From positions 75,459 to 139,458 of the forward strand of contig JAJCZV010000072.1 in the NCBI GenBank assembly GCA_029262175.1: DNA of 64,000 bases. The letters are read 5' to 3'. Positions 48,878-57,660 of the stretch are shown in pieces. Origin of the DNA: Gemmatimonadota bacterium (GTDB lineage: Bacteria; Gemmatimonadota; Gemmatimonadetes; Palauibacterales; Palauibacteraceae). The translations under genes and the position numbers were made by a program. The notes under the pieces are model-generated. The model had not been told where the DNA came from, made no database searches, and worked only from the letters and a program-made list of their open reading frames with translations. Position 1 is the stretch's first letter. Each line of letters starts with the position of its first letter.

Positions 48878-49543
48878 CTAGAGCGAATCCAACTCCCCGG
48901 TCATCTTCTCGATGAAATCGGCGAATTGCGGCCTCGAGCGCTGGACACCGACCTCCTCGGCCCGGACGATCGAGCGAACACGAGCCACCGCGCGTTCGAC
49001 CACGTCATTGACCACCAAATAGTCGAATTCGAGCGCCGACCCAAGCTCGGTCCGGGCATTGGCCAGGCGCCGGGCGACCTGTTCGGCATTTTCGCTCCCA
49101 CGTTTCCGAAGACGGTCCCCGATCCGTCCGGCGTCTGGAGGGACCAGAAAGATCGACACGACATCGGGTTGGATCGTGCGGACCTGTCTCGCCCCCTGAA
49201 CATCGATGTCGAGCAGGAGGTGTTTTCCAGCCCGCCGGGCCCGCGCGAGGTTCGAGGTCGGAGTCCCATATAACTCGCCGTGCACCTCTGCGTACTCCAA
49301 CATCCCCCCCGCTTCGACCAGGGCCATGAACTGCTCCCGAGTCGCGAACGTATAATCGACGCCGTCCGTCTCGTTGGAGCGCGGGCCGCGGGTGGTCATG
49401 GAAACCGAGAAGACGTAATGATTCGCGCCCGCCCCTCCCAGCAAACCATCGCGCACGGTGGTCTTTCCCGCGCCCGATGGACCGGCCAGAATCACGGGAA
49501 ATTCGAGGTCGACCATCGCGCCCGAGTTCGTGTCGTCCATCAC
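48878..49543 (-). CDS. gmk: Guanylate kinase
   Basis: GPSGAGKT, TTRGPR..ETDGVDY, YGT, DIDVQGA. Confidence 0.95.
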   Translation of the reverse strand: MMDDTNSGAMVDLEFPVILAGPSGAGKTTVRDGLLGGAGANHYVFSVSMTTRGPRSNETDGVDYTFATREQFMALVEAGGMLEYAEVHGELYGTPTSNLARARRAGKHLLLDIDVQGARQVRTIQPDVVSIFLVPPDAGRIGDRLRKRGSENAEQVARRLANARTELGSALEFDYLVVNDVVERAVARVRSIVRAEEVGVQRSRPQFADFIEKMTGELDSL

Positions 49544-50418
49544 TCGACGTTCTCGACCTGCTCTCGAAGTTTCTCGATCTCGTTCTTTGCTCCGACGACC
49601 AACCGCGAGATCCCGGTGTCGTTGGCCTTGGCCCCCAGCGTGTTGATCTCGCGCTGGAGTTCCTGAACCAGAAATGCGAGTCGCTTTCCGATCGGCTCGG
49701 CAGCCGGCATGTCGAGGAACTCGACGAAGGCCTCGATGTGAGAACGCGCGCGCACGAGTTCTTCTCCAACGTCCCAGCGATCCGCAACCATCGCGATCTC
49801 CCGAGCCATCCGCTCCTCATCAAACCCCTTTTCGGCAAGCTCCGCGACCGCGGCCTGCAATCGAGCCCGCTCGCGTTCGAGTCGTTTCGGCGCAAGACCC
49901 TCCGCCCCGTCGACAGCTTCGGAGATGCCCTGCAATCGCTCGCGGAGGTCGACTTCGAGACGGGCGCCTTCGCGCTCACGCATCTCGAGGAGCCCCTGCA
50001 TCGCTTCATCCACCGCCTGTGAAACGGCGTCCACCCCGGGTGCGAATCCCGCGTCGCCCACTCCCTCTCGCAGGACGCCGCTCGTGGCCAGGACGGCCCC
50101 GACATCCAGCTCTCCCGAAACACCGAACTCTTCGCGAAGACGGGCTGCGGCGGCGAGCAGTTCGCCGACGCGCTCGACATCTAACTGTCGCCCGCCCGTG
50201 CCCGTCGCCTCCTCGAATCGGATAAAGATGTCGACGCGCCCCCGCTTTGCATGACCCTCGACAAGCTCGCGCAGGTCGCTCTCCCAACTTTCCGATCCAG
50301 GGGGTCCCTTTACCACGACCCGAAGGCCGCGTGAATTCACGGACCGAGCCTCCGCGCTGACGGTGCCATCCTCGAGAGACACGCTGCCGGCCCCATACCC
50401 CGTCATGCTTCGAATCAT
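49540..50418 (-). CDS. yicC: YicC/YloC family endoribonuclease
   Basis: MIRSMTGYG, SVNSR, GKRLAFLVQELQREINTLGAK, REQVENVE. Confidence 0.95.
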   Translation of the reverse strand: MIRSMTGYGAGSVSLEDGTVSAEARSVNSRGLRVVVKGPPGSESWESDLRELVEGHAKRGRVDIFIRFEEATGTGGRQLDVERVGELLAAAARLREEFGVSGELDVGAVLATSGVLREGVGDAGFAPGVDAVSQAVDEAMQGLLEMREREGARLEVDLRERLQGISEAVDGAEGLAPKRLERERARLQAAVAELAEKGFDEERMAREIAMVADRWDVGEELVRARSHIEAFVEFLDMPAAEPIGKRLAFLVQELQREINTLGAKANDTGISRLVVGAKNEIEKLREQVENVE

Positions 50419-50449
50419 GGATTGCCCTCGGGTCGCTTCTCGCTCGCCC

Positions 50450-52264
50450 TCAATTGAAGAACTCCCAGCGGATGCCAAACACGTTGACCTGCCGCGGAAA
50501 GTTCGCGCCAGGGATGTCGGTTACAAGGCTCGTGGTCGGATTCGTGAACCGCCAGAAGAACCGGAAGTCGCCGATCTTGAACATGAAATGACCTCCCGTC
50601 CACGTGTCCGAGGCGAGTACGACCGGGTCAGGCGACCCGCTGAAAGACGCGAGCCTCTGCCCTCGACTCTCTAGGAAACCCGTGAGCCAGAGCTCGAGAT
50701 TCCCTTCGAAAAACGTGTCGTGCAGGCCGAGCTCGAGCCGCATGCTGTTGTCAGGAAGGAACAGGGCGGCGGCACCGTCCGACGTGTTTTGCCGCCACCA
50801 TGCGCGCAGTCGGATCGGCTCTAGACCGTGGATAAGCGCGCCGATGGGGATGATCGGCCCCTCGAATCGCGCCTCGACGGACGTCACCTCGACCTCGGTG
50901 GAGTCGAACACGGCCGCCCGCGTAAACCCTCCCAACGAGAGTTGCCGATCCATTCGTTGCGTCCCGTATCGCCCAGACAGATCGAAGGGTCCGAGCTCGA
51001 GATCTACGGAAGCTCCGGTTGCGTCGAATCCGACGTCGTCCGCAAACGCGAGTTCCGGATCGCCGACGCCGCGGTCGCCACTCGCGCCAAAACCACGGAG
51101 CGTAATCGGGATCAACAGAGTGTCGGTGTAGGCCAGGCCAAAACGGAGCGACCGCGCCGAGAAATCGGCCCACTTCGAGAACTCGGCGCCGCCCTCGATC
51201 GAAAACGGACCGATCGGGAACCAGGCCGTCGCGTCCGCCCATAGCGAGGCGTATGCGTCCCCGCCCGTGAAGCGGGTGGCGACGGAAAGCACGCCGTTGC
51301 CCGGCATGGTCGTAAACCGGAGACCCACGCCGTCGGCCTGCCGAGATGGAGCGGCGACGCTGTCGGGTAGCCCGGGAACTTCGAGGCGGTAGCTCGTAGA
51401 CATGGCGTAGGCCTCGAGTTGCGAGCGCGATCCAATGTTCGCGCGCGTTCGCAAGACGGCCTCGTTGCGGCGGACGTCGGCGGTATCGGCCGCCGCACGA
51501 TCGACGGCTTCTCTTCGGAATTCGAGCTGCACGCCAAAATCGTTTGATCGGGGCATCCACGATAGACGCGCCAGTGCACCAAACCGGTCGTTCTCGACGT
51601 TACCTGCATTCACATCGAGCAGTTCGAAACCGCCCTCGAAGTTGAAGCTGTTGCCCAGGCGGTTCGCGAAGATCCCATCCAGAATCTGGATGTTGGGATC
51701 GCCGGTCCCTCCCCCGATACGCGAATAGGCACGCTCGCCGTCATGGCGCAGCAAATCCACGTCGATGAGGAAGCCATCAGGTCCCCGATAGACGCTGATC
51801 CGATCGATGTAGTTGAGGGACAGCCGGCGAAGGTCTACCTGAGCTCGCTCGAGCGAGACGATCTCTCGGCCATCGATGTAAAGCGCACCGAAACCAGGAC
51901 CAAAAGGCCCGTCATACGCGTGGTGAGGCCCGGAAAAAAATCCCGCCCGCAAGAACGTGAGGCCCGGCACGAACTCGGTCAGCAGCTCGATCAAGGAGAA
52001 CGCGGTCGATGATTGGACGCACTCACGGTCGCAGGAAAACACCTCGTGCGTCGTTCCACGAAGCGGAGCAAGCCGGCCCGGAAACCGTTGGGCGCGCGCG
52101 GGCGCGGAATCCGCGAACACTTCGCGGACCGAGTCCGGCAGAACCTCCAGTCGAAGGGAATCCGGCGTCGGCGGGTCCTGCGCGAGCAGCGGCGTTGCCG
52201 CGACAACCGCCGCGACGATCAGCGCCGCTGCGGCGCGCCCGATCAGGTTCGGTCTCTCAACCAC
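50450..52264 (-). CDS. Putative outer-membrane beta-barrel protein with plug-like N-domain
   Basis: Signal peptide (..ATPLLA-Q), plug-like LL...PGL...YIDG...IDRISVYRG, amphipathic strands, C-terminal FGIRWEFFN. Confidence 0.7.
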   Translation of the reverse strand: MVERPNLIGRAAAALIVAAVVAATPLLAQDPPTPDSLRLEVLPDSVREVFADSAPARAQRFPGRLAPLRGTTHEVFSCDRECVQSSTAFSLIELLTEFVPGLTFLRAGFFSGPHHAYDGPFGPGFGALYIDGREIVSLERAQVDLRRLSLNYIDRISVYRGPDGFLIDVDLLRHDGERAYSRIGGGTGDPNIQILDGIFANRLGNSFNFEGGFELLDVNAGNVENDRFGALARLSWMPRSNDFGVQLEFRREAVDRAAADTADVRRNEAVLRTRANIGSRSQLEAYAMSTSYRLEVPGLPDSVAAPSRQADGVGLRFTTMPGNGVLSVATRFTGGDAYASLWADATAWFPIGPFSIEGGAEFSKWADFSARSLRFGLAYTDTLLIPITLRGFGASGDRGVGDPELAFADDVGFDATGASVDLELGPFDLSGRYGTQRMDRQLSLGGFTRAAVFDSTEVEVTSVEARFEGPIIPIGALIHGLEPIRLRAWWRQNTSDGAAALFLPDNSMRLELGLHDTFFEGNLELWLTGFLESRGQRLASFSGSPDPVVLASDTWTGGHFMFKIGDFRFFWRFTNPTTSLVTDIPGANFPRQVNVFGIRWEFFN

Positions 52265-53682
52265 TCGATCACAAGCCGGACGCCGACGCCGGTAGCCCCC
52301 TTTGGCTGACACCCGCGGGCTTCGTCCGCCCATGCTGTCCCTGCGATGTCCAAGTGTGCCCAGCGGACGCTGTCGTCGACGAATTCACGAAGGAACCACC
52401 CGGCCGTAATGGCTGCGGCTGCTCGTCCACCGGCGTTCTTGATATCCGCGATGTCGGAGTCCATGTGACGCCGATACTCCCGCCAGAGCGGCAAGCGCCA
52501 CGTCCGCTCTCCGGTCGCGGTGCCTGCCTGCAGAAGCTCCTCGGCCAGCCCGTCACTCGGAGACATGAGAGCGACCGCATCGTGGCCGAGCGCAATCACG
52601 CACGCCCCCGTCAACGTCGCCATATCTACGATGGCTTTGGGAGACAACCGCTGCGCATAGGTCAGCGCGTCCGAGAGGATCAGGCGGCCCTCCGCATCCG
52701 TGTTGATGACCTCGATCGACTTGCCGGACAGCCCGCGGATGACATCGCCGGGTTTCACCGCGGTCCCGGACGGCATGTTCTCCGTGGCGGGCACGAGCCC
52801 GATCACGCGCTGAGGGAGTCGAAGCCTCGCGGCCGCGGTCATGATCCCGAGGACGGCGGCGGCTCCCGCCATGTCGTACTTCATGTCCTCCATCCCACTC
52901 GACGGTTTTATCGAGATTCCGCCGGTGTCGAACGTGACGCCTTTGCCGACCACCACATATGGGTCGCCCCCGTCGCCGGTGTGCTCCATCACGATGAAAC
53001 AAGGGTCCTCTTCGGAACCCTTGGCGACGGCGAGGAGCGCACCGAACCCTTCTTCGCGGAGCTTGTCAGGCCCCCACACTTGCGTACGAAAACCGTGTTC
53101 GGTCGCCAGTCGTTCGGCGACAGCGGCAAGGTGGCTAGGCGTCGCGACGTTGCCGGGGAGCGTCACGAGTTCACGAGTTTCGTTTTGCACCTGAGCGAGG
53201 ACCTCGCCGCGCGCCGCGGCGTCCGCGGCCTCCGGTGGAGGACTTCCCTCCGCGCACAGGACGCGGGTGGCCACGGGCTTCGTGCGACCTTCCGCGTCCC
53301 GCAGACCATCGTAGCGCCAATCGCCGAGCGCGAGCCCCTCGGCCGCCGCCTGCCAGCTCGCCGTGTCGGAAGCCGCGGGCATCAGACACCCAATCGACGA
53401 CAGACCCGCTTCCCGCGCGGCGCGCACGCCGACGCCCGCAGCCCGTCGAATCGACTCCGCCCTCGATCGGGCGGACGCGTCGATGCGTACGACAAACAGG
53501 TCCGGCCCATCCAGGCTCCCGGACAACGCCCAACCACTGGGCTCGCCGGTGGCATCCCGCGCTTCGAACCAACGCCGCGCGGCGTTCGCCCACCACTCCT
53601 CTGACTCTGGCGCATCATCGAACCACGGGACGACCAACGCGTCGAGTTCGCGTGCGGCGGGTACCTCGGATCGAATCTCCAC
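52243..53682 (-). CDS. pepA: Leucyl aminopeptidase (M17)
   Basis: GKGVTFDTGG, MKYDMAG, NTDAEGRL, ATLTGA, HLDIAG; GTG 53682 after GGAGAGG. Confidence 0.95.
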   Translation of the reverse strand: MEIRSEVPAARELDALVVPWFDDAPESEEWWANAARRWFEARDATGEPSGWALSGSLDGPDLFVVRIDASARSRAESIRRAAGVGVRAAREAGLSSIGCLMPAASDTASWQAAAEGLALGDWRYDGLRDAEGRTKPVATRVLCAEGSPPPEAADAAARGEVLAQVQNETRELVTLPGNVATPSHLAAVAERLATEHGFRTQVWGPDKLREEGFGALLAVAKGSEEDPCFIVMEHTGDGGDPYVVVGKGVTFDTGGISIKPSSGMEDMKYDMAGAAAVLGIMTAAARLRLPQRVIGLVPATENMPSGTAVKPGDVIRGLSGKSIEVINTDAEGRLILSDALTYAQRLSPKAIVDMATLTGACVIALGHDAVALMSPSDGLAEELLQAGTATGERTWRLPLWREYRRHMDSDIADIKNAGGRAAAAITAGWFLREFVDDSVRWAHLDIAGTAWADEARGCQPKGATGVGVRLVIEWLRDRT

Positions 53683-53705
53683 TTCAGTCTTCCTCTCCAA
53701 ACGAA

Positions 53706-53732
53706 AGAAGCGGGTCCCAGGGACCCGCTTCT
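53706..53732 (-). terminator. Intrinsic terminator-like inverted repeat after citrate synthase
   Basis: agaagcgggtccc-a-gggacccgcttct perfect 13-bp arms, followed on the minus strand by TTCGTTT. Confidence 0.7.
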
Positions 53733-53789
53733 GTGTATCGCATCAGCGTGACCCGCCAAGCGCCAGGCGCTTAACGGAACTATGGTCGC

Positions 53790-54911
53790 TCAGCGATCGT
53801 CGATCGACACCCAGGTGAGATCCTTCTCGCCGACATACTCCGCCCGCGGTCGAATCAGACGATTGTCCGCATGCTGCTCCATGATGTGCGCGGTCCAGCC
53901 GCCCATACGTCCCATGGCGAACAGCGGTGTATAAAGGTCGATCGGAACCCCAAGCGCGTAGTACACCGTCGCGCAATAGAAGTCGACGTTCGGGTTGATC
54001 CCCTTTTGTGCCATCACCTGCTTCTCGAGTTCGCGGGAGATCTCGAACAGCTTGCCCTCCCCCGCCTGCTCCGTGAGTTGCTGCGACATTTCGCGCAGGT
54101 GCGTCGCGCGAGGATCCTCGGTCCGGTATACGCGGTGACCGAAGCCCATGATCTTGCGTTTCTGTGCGAATGCGGCCTCGAGCCACGGCCCGACGTTTTC
54201 GACCTCGCCCACCTCGAGGATGGTCTCCATCGCCTTTGCGTTGGCCCCACCATGAAGAGACCCCTTCAGCGCACCGACGCCGCCGGTCACCGCCGAATGC
54301 ATATCTCCGAGGGTCGCAGCGATGACACGACACGCGAAGGTCGAAGCGTTGAACCCGTGATCTAGATAGAGGAGGAGCGTCCGGTCGAGCGCGGCAGCGG
54401 CCTCGTCCGTCCCGGGTTCACCGTTTGCCATGCGAACGAAGTCGGCGGCAATCGATAGCGAAGGATCCGGATCCAACGGTTCGAGACCTTGACGGATCCT
54501 TTGCGTCGCGGCGATGATCGTCGGCGTGCGCGCAACAAGACGCTTGGCCTTACGAAGGTTGGCCTCGGCCGAGTTGTCCTCGCCGTCACGGTCGAACATC
54601 CCCTCGAGCGACACACCGGTGCGGAGCGCCGCCATCGGAACCGCGTCTTGGGGGATGCGTTGGAGTCCTTCGAGCGTGCCAGCCTCGAGTCCGCGTTGTA
54701 GGGCCAGTTCTTCTTCGAACGAGGCCAGTTCGGACCGAGTCGGAAGTCTGCCGTTCCAGAGAAGGAACACGCTCTCGAGGAAGGACGCGTTAGGGGCGAG
54801 ATCGTGGATGTTATAGCCCCGATAACCAAGAATCCCCGCCTGACCGTCAATAAAACTCAGCGACGTCTGCGAAGCTACGACGCCTTCCAACCCTTTAGAG
54901 GACGCGGCCAT
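53790..54911 (-). CDS. gltA: Citrate synthase (short type; methylcitrate synthase not excluded)
   Basis: GLEGV, DHGFNAST, LHGGAN, GFGHRVY...DPR, PNVDFY, RPRAEY. Confidence 0.9.
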   Translation of the reverse strand: MAASSKGLEGVVASQTSLSFIDGQAGILGYRGYNIHDLAPNASFLESVFLLWNGRLPTRSELASFEEELALQRGLEAGTLEGLQRIPQDAVPMAALRTGVSLEGMFDRDGEDNSAEANLRKAKRLVARTPTIIAATQRIRQGLEPLDPDPSLSIAADFVRMANGEPGTDEAAAALDRTLLLYLDHGFNASTFACRVIAATLGDMHSAVTGGVGALKGSLHGGANAKAMETILEVGEVENVGPWLEAAFAQKRKIMGFGHRVYRTEDPRATHLREMSQQLTEQAGEGKLFEISRELEKQVMAQKGINPNVDFYCATVYYALGVPIDLYTPLFAMGRMGGWTAHIMEQHADNRLIRPRAEYVGEKDLTWVSIDDR

Positions 54912-54945
54912 TCTGTTGTCCCGAACCTTCCGCTATTTTGGTGGG

Positions 54946-54978
54946 AATAAATCGGGCGACGCAGGTGCGCCGCCCGAT
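54946..54978 (-). terminator. Probable intrinsic terminator after the 84-aa gene
   Basis: atcgggcg...cgcccgat stem followed by TTTATT on the minus strand. Confidence 0.55.
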
Positions 54979-54983
54979 GAAAC

Positions 54984-55238
54984 TCAGTCACGAATCGCTG
55001 GATCTACCTGAGCCTTCTTGAACTTCTTCTTGAGGTCATCGAGACTGAGCTCTTCAAACGACCCCTGCGGCAACCTCAACCGTCGCTGAGACTGGGCGGG
55101 GTCAGAAAAGCAGACGAACACCACGGCCTCGAAATCTGCCGGCGGTGCCTTCTCTTTGGGATCGGGCCAAAACACCTCTCGCGATGCGAGCCATGCTTTC
55201 CACCGACGCCCATCGTCGTCCTGGAAGGTCTTCGTCAT
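54984..55238 (-). CDS. Small hypothetical protein (84 aa)
   Basis: RBS AGAGGT; MTKTFQDDDGRRWKAW...RRLRLP..F; has its own terminator. Confidence 0.75.
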   Translation of the reverse strand: MTKTFQDDDGRRWKAWLASREVFWPDPKEKAPPADFEAVVFVCFSDPAQSQRRLRLPQGSFEELSLDDLKKKFKKAQVDPAIRD

Positions 55239-55408
55239 TATCTACCTCTCTCTACCATCAACGTCTATTCGGAAACTCGACTACTGCGGAGCTACCTCGC
55301 GGGGGCGAAACGCTCCCAACCGAGCAGCATAAAATAGCGTATGGACAGGCGAATCGGAAGTCGGGCGGGATCTGCGCACGGCCACTGCCCTTACGGGCGA
55401 AGCCGCGT

Positions 55409-55543
55409 TCAGGCGTCGTGTGGGTCCGAAGCGTCGTCTAGGTCCGGCAGGCGACACCCGAATGCAAACCCGGCACCCAGCAATAGCCCGACGAGGAGGC
55501 CCAGACCGAGCGTAACGCCCACGTAGTAGAGTGTGATCGACAT
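55409..55543 (-). CDS. 44-aa single-pass membrane microprotein (not in ORF track)
   Basis: MSITLYYVGVTLGLGLLVGLLLGAGFAFGCRLPDLDDASDPHDA*; downstream of and co-directional with plsC. Confidence 0.55.
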   Translation of the reverse strand: MSITLYYVGVTLGLGLLVGLLLGAGFAFGCRLPDLDDASDPHDA

Positions 55544-55601
55544 GGCCGAGACGATGTGTGCTCGTGCGCCTTTTGTCCAGTCGGCGGAGGTTCGAAACCC
55601 G

Positions 55602-56363
55602 TCAGCGACGGCGGAGTCGGTCGAGTACTCGGCGCTGAAAGCGAACTCGGTCCATCACTCGATCGACGATCAGCTGAGCATTCTCGCGATTTCGGGGGGC
55701 GTCTTCGAAATCGTCATAGTCGATGGGGTCTCCGAAATAGATCGAGATGCGTTGACCGATCCGCGGCAGCTTGGCGCCGATAGGAAGCACCCGATCCATC
55801 CCCTCGATCGTAACCGGCACGACATTCGGTTGCGTGCCGGAAATGACCATCCCAGCGCCGGCCCGGCCCCGGCCGATGGAACCGTCGCGAGATCTCGTGC
55901 CTTCTGGAAACAAGACCATGGTGCTGTCTCGCAACGCGCGAATCGACCGATTGAGTGCCTTCACGTCTCGGCGACCCGGACGTACAGGAATGCACTTGAA
56001 TTGGTGGAACACCCAGGCCAGAAACTTGTTCTTGAAGAAGTTCTCCTGAGCAGCCGGATTCCAGGGCGCCAGAAAAGGTCTAAAGACGTTTCGCGGGAAG
56101 AAGGCGCTATAGCCGATGGCGAACGAATCGATCATCGATTGGTGATTCGAGATCAGGAGCGTGTTGGGTTCGAGGGGAACTCGCGAACGTCCGTAGACGC
56201 GGGTTCGATTCAACACCCAGAAGAAGATCACGACCAACGGACCCATCACGAGGTTGGTCATGATCCAACTCGTCACCGGCCACAAGAAGGTGGTCAGCCG
56301 CCCTTCGTATTCGCCTCGGTAGGGCTCGCTGTTCTGCCCTTCTATGTCGCGGTCGTTCATCAT
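55602..56363 (-). CDS. plsC: 1-acyl-sn-glycerol-3-phosphate acyltransferase family protein
   Basis: NHQSMID (HX4D) and FPEGTRS motifs; start at MMNDR. Confidence 0.9.
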   Translation of the reverse strand: MMNDRDIEGQNSEPYRGEYEGRLTTFLWPVTSWIMTNLVMGPLVVIFFWVLNRTRVYGRSRVPLEPNTLLISNHQSMIDSFAIGYSAFFPRNVFRPFLAPWNPAAQENFFKNKFLAWVFHQFKCIPVRPGRRDVKALNRSIRALRDSTMVLFPEGTRSRDGSIGRGRAGAGMVISGTQPNVVPVTIEGMDRVLPIGAKLPRIGQRISIYFGDPIDYDDFEDAPRNRENAQLIVDRVMDRVRFQRRVLDRLRRR

Positions 56364-56429
56364 GTGAGAGTAGTTTGGCCGAAGATCGACGGGAAGCCCG
56401 ACTAGCAGCCTGCTAAGGAAAAGGGACGC

Positions 56430-57656
56430 GTGAGTTCGATTCTGCCGACGCAAAAGATCTGGGACCTCGCGATCATCGGGGCGGGACCCGTGGGGCTCGA
56501 AGCCGCGGCCCAGGCCCGGGAACGGGGTCTGGAGACGTTGCTGATCGAGTCGGGCGTCGTGGGGCAAAATGTATCGCTCTGGGGCGCGGTCCAACTGTTC
56601 ACGCCCTTTGAACTCAACGCCGGCCCCGCCGGGCTGCGGGCGCTCGGTGAGGATGTACCTCGCGCCCACGAACTCCTTACCGGAGAACAGTTTAGGGCGC
56701 GCTATCTCATCCCGCTATCTACTGAAATTCGAAAGAGTGTGGAGTTGATGGAGGGGGCTCGCGTCGTGTCGATCTCACGCGAACAATGGCTCAAGGGCGA
56801 GGCGCTCGGGTCCGCCGAACGATCGACACAACCCTTCCGAATCCTGGTGGAAGCGGAGGGGACGGAGCGGGAAATCCGAGCCCAGCGGATCTTCGATTGC
56901 TCCGGCTCGTATCACCGACCGAACTGGGCCGGCCCCGGAGGGACTCCCGCCCGCGGCGAGCGAGCGCTACGCGAGAAGATCACCTACCACCTGCCAGATC
57001 TTCTAGGCGCCGACCGGCACCGCTTCACGGGTGTGAGGACCCTCTTGATCGGTGGTGGGCACTCGGCCGGGACCGCGGCGCTCGCTCTCGCCGATTTGGC
57101 CCACAGCGTGGAGGGAACCTGTTTCACGTGGGCCACGCGCAACCATTCTCCGCCACTCCTGGACCCTATCGCGGACGACCCACTCCCGGAGAGGGTCGCG
57201 CTCGCAGAGCGCGTGCGGGCGCTGGCCAGCGCCCTACCCGACGGCTGCCGGCGTCTGGCCCCGGCGCGCCTGATCGGCATCGAGGAGGATCAGAGGGGGT
57301 TCCGGGTCGAACTCGAGCACGAGGGGTCGCCCGTCACCGAACGATTTGACCGCATCTTGGCCCTCGTCGGCTATGAGCCGGACGACCGTCTCTACCGACA
57401 GCTGCAGATTCACGAATGCTACGCGTCTCGCGGTCCGATGAACCTGGCCGCCGCGCTTCTTGGGGCCGGTGCGACCGGAGCGGCGGACTGTCTGGTAGCA
57501 TCTGACTTCGGTCCCGACACGCTCCGAAATCCGGAACCCGACTTCTTTATCCTGGGAGTGAAGAGTTACGGGAAGAACTCCCAATTCATCATGAGAACCG
57601 GATACGAGCAGATCGCGGACGTCTTCGGACTGTTCACGTCGGCACCGACGTCCTAA
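56430..57656 (+). CDS. FAD/NAD(P)-dependent oxidoreductase (flavoprotein monooxygenase/TrxR-like)
   Basis: GAGPVG, IGGGHSA, VGYEPD, PEPDFFILGVKSYG...TGYEQ. Confidence 0.85.
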   Translation: MSSILPTQKIWDLAIIGAGPVGLEAAAQARERGLETLLIESGVVGQNVSLWGAVQLFTPFELNAGPAGLRALGEDVPRAHELLTGEQFRARYLIPLSTEIRKSVELMEGARVVSISREQWLKGEALGSAERSTQPFRILVEAEGTEREIRAQRIFDCSGSYHRPNWAGPGGTPARGERALREKITYHLPDLLGADRHRFTGVRTLLIGGGHSAGTAALALADLAHSVEGTCFTWATRNHSPPLLDPIADDPLPERVALAERVRALASALPDGCRRLAPARLIGIEEDQRGFRVELEHEGSPVTERFDRILALVGYEPDDRLYRQLQIHECYASRGPMNLAAALLGAGATGAADCLVASDFGPDTLRNPEPDFFILGVKSYGKNSQFIMRTGYEQIADVFGLFTSAPTS

Positions 57657-57660
57657 CGGC

